In this document: positions 22,793-32,982 of the stretch, piece by piece | How positions within the stretch are numbered: the first letter of the stretch is position 1 | How the letters are laid out: every line of letters starts with the position of its first letter | NCBI RefSeq assembly: GCF_004010195.1 | Contig: NC_057755.1 | Location: 4,330,032 to 4,363,013 of the forward strand | Reading direction: 5' to 3' | DNA length: 32,982 nucleotides | From: Chiloscyllium plagiosum | Taxonomy: Eukaryota | Position numbers and translations under genes: made by a program | The notes under the pieces: generated by a model | Databases searched by the model: none | Seen by the model: the letters and a program-made list of their open reading frames with translations, nothing else | What the model was told of the DNA's origin: nothing

Positions 22793-23600
22793 TCACATCA
22801 TCGCCCTGTGACATCAATGGGGTTACCGTTGCTGATTCCTCAACTATCAACATGTTGAGATTAGCATTGACTAGACTCTGAAGTTGACAATCCATTTAAA
22901 TACAATGGTCACAAGGCAGGACAGAAGCGAGGAATACTGCAGGGAATAACACAGTTCCTGACTTCCACCTGTCCACCATCTGATAGGTCCAAATCAGGAG
23001 TGTGGTGGAACACTCCCCATTTGCCGAGATGAGTGAGGCTGCCACAACACTCAAGAAGCTTGACACTATCCGGGATAAAACAGTTCACCTGATGGCCACT
23101 ACAACCATCTTATTTCCACCACTGACTCTCAGTAGCAGCAATATGTACCAACCACCAGATGCATTGCAGAAATGCACCAAAGTTCCTCAAATAAAACCTT
23201 CCAAACCCACATCATCACAAAGGATATGGGCAGCAGATACATGGAATCACCATGCACTACAAATTCCTATCCAAGTCAATCATCTTCCTTGATTGGAAAT
23301 ATATCACCTTTCTGTAAGTATCTCTGCTTCACATTTCTTCATTAGAGACAAAAAAAAACGTCGACATATCCACTTCCTGTTAGCCCAGTCCTGATGAAGG
23401 ATTGCATCCAAATCATTGATGTCTCTACCCGCTGATGCTGCCTGGCTTGCTGTGTTATTCCAGCCTCCTGCTTGTCTATTTACAGCCCTTCAAAACAGCA
23501 TTGTGTGTCTATTACAGCCCACCGACAACAACAGTTCAGGAAAACAGCTCACCAACACATTCTCAGCAACCACTAGAGATGAGCAATAAATGCTGACCAT
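22380..23600 (+). mobile_element. Old LINE 3' half (RT to 3' end)
   Basis: PQRSVLAQTIFGNFFNGL...GILADD, then EHSPFAEMSEAATTLKKLDTIRDK, ending near gcaataaatgctgacc. Confidence 0.75.
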
Positions 23601-23619
23601 GAATGGATTAGGATTCATT

Positions 23620-24660
23620 AAAAGTGTTGTCCAATCATGACGAATGGTGGAAACAGGGTTTGATGTTTTTTGAATGGAAGCTGGTGGGCTGCAGGCGGTA
23701 CCTTGCTTGTTGTGAAGAACTGAAGTGATATGCTGTTTGGAACAATCTGTCAGTCTTTCAGAGGCACGGCCTACTTATGTGGTATCACTCAGAAACTGAG
23801 ATTCATATCCCAGATTATTCACATGCGAGATAGATAGCATAAATTTGATATGTTCTCGTATCTGTAATATTTGGAAACATAGTTAAATTATTGTCATGAA
23901 AACAATTAGGACGTGGAATATTTTCATTCGAGGGAAAAATAATAGGATATTTTCAAAGTGCTTGGACAAAGTAATAATTTGATCCTTGGTGCAATAAACA
24001 GACTCAACATTTGTGCGCTATGTTTTCATTAGATTTCAATCTGAAAATTGAACTCAACAAATGGGTGGATTTGTTCATTGGACAAACAAGTGGCTATGAT
24101 CAAAGCATTCAATGATTACACTTTGCTGTGAATGATAAATAAGATGTTGCAAACATCTTCATAAAATTTCAACAGTAATGTTCGTTGGGATCATGCTGGC
24201 CATTAATGTAGATGCACAATTCTGTTCAGACACTGGGATTGTGGAGCTGATATACACTGGATATTGTTGATGAGGGATTCAATGCAATATGTCGCGTAAT
24301 CCATCACTTCTCGAACACCTTCAGAAAGGGTTTGCTCTAAAGTGTAAAATTATGAAGCTTACATGACTCACTGGATGTAAAAAACATGGACGAACTTACG
24401 AGACATTGGCAGCTCATTTGTATAAATGGTAAAAATTGCGCTGAGCCTTGTGCTAGTCCACTGGCCAATCTGCTCCATGCACTTCCCCCTTGTTTAAGAA
24501 CAGATTTAAATTGTCTGTTGTGAGGAAATGTTTGAATAACCGTCCAGATCCAGATTGGGAGCTGTCTGGAGATACTTAGGAGCTGGTCACTCTTTACCTG
24601 TGGTGCCAATGGCTGTCCAGGAAGACTATATTTAAATTCCGGCTTTCCAATCGGATTATT
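23620..24660 (-). mobile_element. Ancient Ingi/Vingi-like LINE RT remnant
   Basis: IQTFPHNRQFKSVLKQGGSAWSRLASGLAQGS, frameshifted FTIYTNELPMSRKF, then LNPSSTISSVYQLHNPS..TELCIYINGQHDPN. Clade assignment is from recalled motifs. Confidence 0.6.
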
Positions 24661-26037
24661 GATGTATATAGTATTGCAAAGATCTTGTGTTTACCCATCT
24701 AAACATGATTCAGCTGTTTATTGCAATTATTGAACTGAGCAATAATCAGCTAGTGAGGATCGTTACTAAATTTAGCAATAATTAGGTGTGCATTCCGATT
24801 ATTGAAGTGAATAATCTTCAAGTGAATAAAACCGTTATTTTGGTTTGATCTTAAGAGCCAAAGAAACAAAGAGAAGTTTACTCATTAATGTATAAAACTT
24901 AAACCTGACCTGCAGTATATTTCTCACAGACTATTCCAGCAACAATCAAACATAGTCACGCTCACAGAATCCCACATTGTAGACAATGTCCCGGACAAAA
25001 CTATGATCGTCGCAGAGCAGGTCCTGTCCCACTGGCAGGATAGAGCCAGCAGAGGTTGCAGCTCTGTGGGATACATTCGGGGAGGGGGGTACGCTGGAAG
25101 TGCTCAGAATTGATGCCTGTCCCCAGGAATCCTTCTGGCATCAGGTTAAACACGGACCCAGAAACATTCTGCTGATTATCAATTACCGCATCCCTCAAAT
25201 TTCCCTGTTTGAACACAACATTGAATGTGGAAAGGACAGAGAATGGACTCTGTGTGGGAGGCTTCAGTGTCCATCACCAAGACAGGCTTAGCAGCAGCAC
25301 CTGCTGATTGTGCTGGCACACTCCAAAAGGCATTGCCACGAATCTACCTGACCAACATTTTATAGTTGCTGCATTATGTGATGTGACACTGTCTCTGTGT
25401 GAAATGAGACAGAATTCAAACAGCTCGACCAACTTATGACGAGGTGTTCATGAAGTTTAGTGGGCCATCTGCAGCATCAGAATTATACCTTGCAAAGACA
25501 ATCAGAGACCATCTGCTCAACATAGCTGACTGGAGGTNNNNNNNNNNNNNNNNNNNNNNNNNNNNNNNNNNNNNNNNNNNNNNNNNNNNNNNNNNNNNNN
25601 NNNNNNNNNNNNNNNNNNNNNNNNNNNNNNNNNNNNNNNNNNNNNNNNNNNNNNNNNNNNNNNNNNNNNNNNNNNNNNNNNNNNNNNNNNNNNNNNNNNN
25701 NNNNNNNNNNNNNNNNNNNNNNNNNNNNNNNNNNNNNNNNNNNNNNNNNNNNNNNNNNNNNNNNNNNNNNNNNNNNNNNNNNNNNNNNNNNNNNNNNNNN
25801 NNNNNNNNNNNNNNNNNNNNNNNNNNNNNNNNNNNNNNNNNNNNNNNNNNNNNNNNNNNNNNNNNNNNNNNNNNNNNNNNNNNNNNNNNNNNNNNNNNNN
25901 NNNNNNNNNNNNNNNNNNNNNNNNNNNNNNNNNNNNNNNNNNNNNNNNNNNNNNNNNNNNNNNNNNNNNNNNNNNNNNNNNNNNNNNNNNNNNNNNNNNN
26001 NNNNNNNNNNNNNNNNNNNNNNNNNNNNNNNNNNNNN

Positions 26038-28339
26038 CAAGGGAAACAGATTGTTATATGCATGTTTACTAGTTCAAGTTTACCTCAAATACGAAATCAC
26101 TGTCTTATAATTCATATTATGAAAATCCATTATAATCTCTTATCTTCTATTTAGCATAACTCAACAAAGCAGCAGCACAAGTTCACAGAGTCAAGTTCTT
26201 ACTTTCTGCCATTATGTTGTGTTATTTTAAATTGAAAAGCCATTTCGTAGTTAATAAAAATCTACATATACTTGTTGCATCTGATAACAGGTAAATTCAA
26301 ATTATAGATCCTCATTCCCTGCGTTGGTCATTCAATGACTACACCATAAATGCATGGACCAAATTAATTCAATTCGATGGCAATGAAAGACTGCAATCCT
26401 TTCTCTTCCTCTGAAGAGGAATCAGGGACAGGCGATGATGCTTCCACATCATCATCAAAGTGTAGAATTAGCATTTTCTGGGTGCAACCAATGTTGTCAA
26501 TAGGAATTAATATTTTAGCAATAATACACTTATCAACAGCAATACTAACAAAATGACCAAATGAACAATAGCAGCATACATAACCATATTGATAAGCCCT
26601 TTGTAACATAAACCAAAACCCCCATCTCCCCACCCTGCACCTTCATTCATTTGGTTGACAGAAGTGCGGATGATATCTATTTGTCCAATAATGTTTTCGA
26701 TAAAGTTAGTGACCCCCATGATGCACTTTCCTTTGACTATGATGCAAACGCCACCTTCCTTCACAATAATCTAATCGAGCGCATAGCAGGTTTTGTTGGG
26801 TAAATAGGCACAATTCTGAAAGCACGACCCTAACTTCTATTAGGAAGCAATTGTCTAATTTCATGAGATTGTGGGTCCATAAATATTTTGATGACTAATA
26901 ACTCCTGAAGACCGTCTATCGGAAAAAACACTAAGTGCTGCATATGTTAATGAGTGAGTTTTACTATTTGATAGAAACTTTGGATCCTTCCATTCTGCAC
27001 AAAGGACAGGAGAAACTGAAAGTTTGACACGGGAATTTGAATCTCGGTGCCAGGTAATTGGACAGGGAACAGGAGTTGGAAATGATGCTTCTACAGCTGC
27101 AACATGTGGAGTACTTGCTATATTCAGGACAAGATGCCTTACTATAACTGAATAATAATATCCAGGTTAAGTATAGATAATGGAGTGACCTTCCCAATAA
27201 GAAGCGGGTCTATCTTTGTGACTTCCTGAGGTACCTGGGTAATCCTTGATTACATAGTTTGTTCCCGAACATAAAGGCTGGAAATCATTCAGTCGAATGA
27301 GGTGGGTCTCTTGATAAGAAACGTGATCGACTTCGCAGAATGGTTCTACCCATCCAATAACTGGGAAAATATTAGGGCAATTAGGTGTATCATAATGAAG
27401 TTGGTGGTGGTAAAATACCCCACAAAGAGTTTGAATACCAGAGGTAATAGAGACACATTCCCTCCTGAAGGAATTTGGGGTCCTTCCGGGAAACAGTGAC
27501 AACTGATACATTTAGGCATAGCACAGGAGATAATTTTAGGCAATTTTACATAGGTACACTCCAATCCGTGCACCCACATCCCTTACTATTGCAGCAATTT
27601 GGATAGGATATTGCGGATTTATTGGAGGATGTCCATAATCCTGTAAATACTTTAGAACTATTCGATACCCCCATGTTAGGATTTCGAAGGAGAAAAGAGG
27701 TCAGGGAGTCTATTGCTGAACTAAAGGCGTAACTTCATCCTCTCCAAATATGTTATTATGGGTGTGGAGAAACAAATTGTGAGTGAAAGATCGCATCCCA
27801 CCTTTCCTCTTTTACTGCATGATCTATCTAAAAGGGGACATGGCTGACCAGGGATACCCATAGTACAAAACAAATTAAACTGGCACACAACATCTTTAGA
27901 GGGTAAAGGCCATTTAGATTTGTTCTGGAAATGAACTGGTCAATCTTTTTGATGCAGTTGACCACTGCATTCGTCATTCTTGGTAACATTCAGTCTGTCG
28001 GCACACAAGGACATCTTCCTGGCAGAGATGATACACAGTCTCTGGTTGCTCAGGATCGCACAGGTAAACTGTCCTTTCTTGTGCTCCAATGCTGGCAATG
28101 GCAAGTCCACACAGCCGGGCAAGTTCGATCTATATTATCTCTCCTCTTCCACCCCCATTTGCAAGTGGCTTGTCTGATGAGCTTGCAATGATGGAGATGG
28201 ACTCAGCCAGAACGTTCGGCGACATAAGCAACAGTTGGGGTGGTGAGGACGACCTGGAAGGGTCCTTCCCATCAGGGTATGAGGTCGTGGAGTGTCCATT
28301 GTAATAAAGTATAAACCATTCCCTCCTTGTATATAAGTG
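26038..28339 (-). mobile_element. Endogenous retrovirus, copy 3 (IN C-terminus, env, PPT, first ~270 bp of LTR; cut by gap)
   Basis: Reverse complement of 7787-10085. Integrase motif at 28182-28271. Confidence 0.92.
26364..28140 (-). pseudogene. env: Retroviral env pseudogene, second full copy
   Basis: IEVRVVLSELCLFTQQN/(C)YALD*IIVKEGGVCIIVKGKCIMGVTNFIENIIGQIDIIRTSVNQMNEGAGWG...LINMVMYAAIVHLVILLVLLL. Confidence 0.92.
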
Positions 28340-28545
28340 CACAAGTTCCACTAAGTGCCTTTTTGTTGCTGCTCTATCCATTTAAAGACGATCACCTTCA
28401 CTTCTTATCACATTATACTCCAATACAGACTATTTAACATCTGTCTCAACTATGAATATCTCACCACAAACTGCTTGTATCCCTCTTATGACCTGCATTT
28501 CCAGCCATTGTGATGTCGTTTGCTATTTTGGAGACAGGATTTTCA
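28337..28545 (-). mobile_element. Highly decayed CR1 RT fragment abutting ERV copy 3
   Basis: Minus strand SKIANDITMAG (cf. SKFADDTKLGG), LEYNV, and KRHLVELVH (cf. QRDLGVLVH). Confidence 0.55.
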
Positions 28546-28799
28546 CTTCCTTGCTCCAACTCATGAAGCCCCTGCAGGTCCCATCTTCTCAGTCTCTCCC
28601 CTCGCCTGGTGTGGGGTGACCCCTCTAGTTAAACCACAACCAGCTGTCTCCCAATGATTACACATTTCTTCGAAGCTGCTGTTGTTTTCTTCAATATTTA
28701 CCTCTGACGCGGAACCAGTCGCCATCCTGTCTGACTCTCTTTCTCAAGATGTTTGGTATCTTGCCCTCGCTGTGAACAAACAGTTTACTCCCTGCCCGA

Positions 28800-29000
28800 C
28801 TCACAGCAAGAAAGGAGGAAGGCAGATGGTATGTTGGCCTTCATTGGAAGCGGATTGGAGTTCAGATTCGGGATGCTCACTGACGCTATAGAGGTCATGG
28901 TGAGGTCACTCCTGCATTATTGTGTCTGGTGTTGGTCCCCCTACCTCAAAGATGATATTCTCACAACTGACAGAGTGCCCATGAGACTGATCCACCACGC
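28800..29000 (+). mobile_element. CR1 ORF2 C-terminal fragment
   Basis: RKADGMLAFIGSGLEFR...MVRSLLHYCVWCWSPYLKDDILTTDRV. Confidence 0.8.
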
Positions 29001-29927
29001 AATGAGATCATCGCTGAAATGATCATCACCAACACACTTCCCTGCCTTTTCCTCATTACCCTCCATTTACTTCCTGATTAAAAACCTCTCTATCATAACA
29101 CATAAACACGTAGTGATTTGGTGGATGCAGACGATGAGCAGGCAGTTGGGATTAGAGGAGAATAACATCATGGTCTGCACAGAAATGGTGATTTGAATGG
29201 CCTGATGTTCTGTAGCACTCTTCGGAATTCCCAATGTGCTCGTATATGTTAAAGCATGCAAGGCTGTGAGCCAAGTGCTGGAAAATGTGACGAGAATAGG
29301 ATGTGATTACTAGGGTGCTGATGGCCAAGTGGTATTATTGTTGTTCCGTTAGTCTCTAGTCCCAGATAGCGTTTTGAGGATGATGTGCAAACAAGGCTTG
29401 GACAGATGGTGTTTGAACTGAACTGATGAGTCAGAGGCGGGAATCAATGTCACAGACTTCCCAGGCCTAGCTACAGCTGTGTCTGTCCCATCAGGTATGG
29501 TCCATGGGATACGGCAGGACGACAGGAATTCCGGGCCAGAATTCAGAGGTTACATTCCCATCTCAGTTAACACCAGCCAGTGATGTGTCCCATGACCTCC
29601 AAGAACAGCTCGATGGAAGATTGTAACGAGCCTGCGCAATCCACCCCCTCGCATTCCCAATGGGCACACTCAATGGTCTGGCCCTTTAGCACGTTGAAGA
29701 TGGAGGCTGTGATAATTAACTAATGAACCGTTTATTTGTTCATATAATATGCTACGGTGCTCCTGCACCTCACACTGTGGCTGGACAGTGATCACCAGAG
29801 GATGGTTAAAGCGTTGAATTAGCTGCTTCTGTCCCTGATAGTGGCCAAGCCTATCGCTGCTGATGGAGACAGGGAATCCTGGCTGTTGGTGGGAGGTGAG
29901 GATGTCTTTCAAAGGGAATGTGAGCAA

Positions 29928-30125
29928 GGAGAATGCTGGAGAAAACCCAAGCCAGTCTGGCAGCGTCCGAGGAGGGAGAGAAACTCTGCTCACATTTCCA
30001 GTTCGATTCTTAAAGACATTCTGAAGAAGAGAGAGAACAGACTGTAAACGTGAACTCTGTTTCTCTCTCTGTCACTTCACAGATGCTTGCCAGGCCTGCT
30101 GAGTCTCTCCATCAGTGTCTGCTTC
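29928..30125. mobile_element. Decayed palindromic Penelope-derived element
   Basis: atgctggagaaaacccaagccagtctggcagcgtc...gagagaaac pairs loosely with gtttctctc...gatgcttgccaggcctgctgagtctctccatca. Confidence 0.5.
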
Positions 30126-31249
30126 AGATTGTCAGCACCAAAGGATTTAGCCTTTAGTCTGTTGAGGTAAGCAAGGTATTGGTGGGGGCAGGAGCTAGAC
30201 TGGGCAAAAGAATAAAGCCATTCAACCTTCTCACCTCTGAATTCTGCGATTCCACCTGTGTTTGTCCAAGCTTCATTACATCACGTGTCTGCTTTGCTCA
30301 CCTATCCCCCCAACCCTGGTTTCTCCGCAATCTCTTGCTGTCGGAAACACTTCTAGGGATCTGTTCCCCTCAGGATCTGGAGTCATGCACGTGATGTGAA
30401 TTGTCACAGGCCAGCATGCTTTCACAGACAAATTCCATCCTGAATTACATCCCATTCCATGGTCCCTTATTGTATATTCCAGATTCTTCATTGGGTGTGA
30501 GTGATGCATTCCAATGTTCATCGTCTGTCAGTAATCACAGCTGAGAGGGCAGCTGAGAGATAGCGACACATTACTCTGGTTCTGGAGTCTCATCGAGCCA
30601 GACTAAGTGAAAAATAGCGTTTTTATTCCAGAACAAGTATTCTTGAACCAGATGGATATTTAGGAAATTTGGGAATTGGCACAGCTGCATCGTTATTACA
30701 TTTTTTCTTCCCATTTCACACTTCACCAGCTGTTATGGTGGGAATGTTCTCTTGTGTTTCTGGATGATTATTGCAGTGAAATTCACATCGTCGCTCCACC
30801 ACCATTCTCATTCTCCAAAGTGATGTAGTTTGACCAGCGAGAGAAAAGTCGAAAGGGAGATTGAAGAACTGGGCGAGGGAATCTAAACTTTTAGGGAAAT
30901 CGCATTTTGTTTGTACAAGTTATTCGGTTGGATTTAAGTGAAATCTACAAGTAAAGATGTGATATTTCCATATTTCAGGAACGTTAGACAAGATCTACCT
31001 GGGGAGCAATATACTTGGCCTTATTTACTCAAAGAAACAGCTGAAAATGGCTCCTCCACAACTGAGTCAGATCGATTCCATCTGGTTGGAGCATATGAAT
31101 CTTGTCAAACGAGAGCAACTCACCACTTGGGTTGCTCTTACACTAGAATATCTGTTGCAAGCTTTATATTAAGCCAGCGATGAACATTAAGTTCAAGTAA
31201 GATGTGAAAACATGTAAATCTAAACCTAACCAGAGAAAATAGAAGCAGT

Positions 31250-31760
31250 TAATTGGAGCACATTCAGTCCAGCAGCAATGAGTATGTGTTGCAGCTGCAG
31301 TATGTGAGCATTTGGCTAAAATACAGACAATGTCTTGGGAAGGGGGAATGTTCATTGGATTATTGGCAGCAGGAGGGCGTCTCAACGTTTAGGGTTAGAC
31401 TGCGTGATTTGGTCAGTGTTCAGCGACAAGAGAGTGTGATTGACAGTCGGGTTTTCCATAGGGAGCCAGACAGCAGGGATACAGGTGCCTCATCTATGGC
31501 AAGAGTGGTACCAGAATGAACAGAAAACCAGTCAAGTGGGAGAACACCAAAAGTAATGGAATTGTAGGAGGGGGCTCACAGGAATCGAAACCTTTCTCTG
31601 CAGTAATGAACGTGAGTCCAGGAGGCTGTGTTCCATTCCTGTGCTGGGGTTCAGGGCCCAAGGTCATGGCTGTCGATAAGTTCACAATGGGATGGACATG
31701 AGACAATCTTACTGATCCACGTACTTATAGACAACACATACCAGGCAAGGAACAAGGTTT
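31250..31760 (-). mobile_element. Possible Penelope GIY-YIG endonuclease remnant
   Basis: Minus-strand fragments VVYKY and YGKPDCQSHSLVAEH, compared with the pattern VVY...C..C...YIG.T.R.L..R..EH. Very decayed. Confidence 0.35.
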
Positions 31761-32982
31761 TGCCAACACACTGTCAGGAGCTCGGTGTCCAATTTAGAAG
31801 CTAAACCTCTGGATTAATATCTCTCCCAAGTGTTACTTGGCACAGGGCCATTCAGGTTAGGCAGGAACATTGGTGACGAAGAGGCTAGCGCGAGAGAAAA
31901 GGGATGTGGTTCTCTCATCACAGATACTGCCAGACCTGCTGAGATTAGATTTCAATTTTTCAATAATGGCACTTTTTCTTCATGCATTTCCTGTCATTTG
32001 TTCTCGCGATGTAATTTGTCATATGCAAGATCCTATACGGTTGCTATTATGCTCTTTAGCTGATCGTGTCACATTAAAAGATGGATGCACATGAATACCA
32101 TGGTGACTCTATTCCTATTCGCATTGAAACCTTTGCCGTTCTGTAGATGTCTGGATGGACAGTGTCAGTAAGAGTGAGGTCAGTGATCTCTCCATTGTTG
32201 GAAGCCCATATTATTCACTGATTACCCTTCCCTCAGGAAAGACAGTGCGTTGTCCTCACTCGGTCCTTCATGTGACTCCAAATCCTGGGAAATAGCGAAT
32301 GGGGAATAAATGCTGACCTCAGCAGCAAACACACATTCAGAGTGTGAGAAGATTCCCATGTCAATCAGTGAGTGAAATGTTCTTGTTTAAAGAGGGCAGC
32401 TCCTACCCTGGAATGCAGAAGGACAGCTCTGTGACATATTTTCACACAGGAATAAATTGTCCCGATGCAATATCAAACGAAATATTCTGTGATCTCGGGA
32501 TGGGGCCAATGGTGTTTGAGTAGAAAGCGTATTTGCTGGCAGATTCCGGTTTCTGTTTTTATTATTTCTTTATGACATGCTGAGCAGCAACACACATTCA
32601 TAATTGGGATTAAACAGGTTATTGTAATTAGTTTGTTCATTGGCAGAATTTGAAAAACAGCAACAAAGTTGTGATGCTGCGACCTCGACCTCCCCAAGGA
32701 GCTTCCACACTGTATAAGGTCGCGTCTCTGGGAATGCAGCACCTCAGAGTTTCAAACAAGGAGGTTGTCAGCTGCCTGGAGGGGCACATCACCTCACATG
32801 GAGAAATGCATCGACCAATTCAACACGTTGAGAGGGTGTTCATTAACATCTTTGCTTTTATCTGTGCTCTTGGTGTGGCATTATGAGAATTAAATGTTCA
32901 CTTGACCCAAAATATTAACTCTGCTTTCTCTCCCACGGATGATGCCAGTCCTGCTGAGTTATCTCTGTCTTTGTCTTTGGGC

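Noticed and set aside
29300..32982. Short ORFs as host exons
   Set aside because: No recognisable protein motifs or consistent splice structure, and the region contains decayed repeat fragments.

Overview
Eukaryotic, repeat-dense, gapped scaffold sequence. The HE1-type V-SINEs and CR1 LINEs point to a cartilaginous fish (shark). No intact host protein-coding gene, RNA gene or CRISPR array can be supported. Nearly everything is retroelement-derived: one near full-length CR1 LINE plus a duplicated 5' part, RTE, Vingi-like and Gypsy remnants, SINEs, and palindromic Penelope-type elements with hammerhead-like cores. Several duplications overlie these (~5 kb, ~1 kb and ~0.8 kb). The standout is a decayed endogenous retrovirus (integrase C-terminus, env, PPT, 3' LTR) present as two long copies (+ strand 7787-~10479; - strand 26038-28339) and one partial copy. 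The ORF track misses it because of stops and frameshifts. Manual reconstruction shows an env transmembrane subunit with filovirus-GP2/ASLV-like architecture: a Cys-flanked internal fusion loop, ICGxxxxxNET, QQNxYALD..EGGVC and NITGQID. It has CX6C rather than CX6CC. All translations and comparisons were done by eye, so boundaries are approximate.
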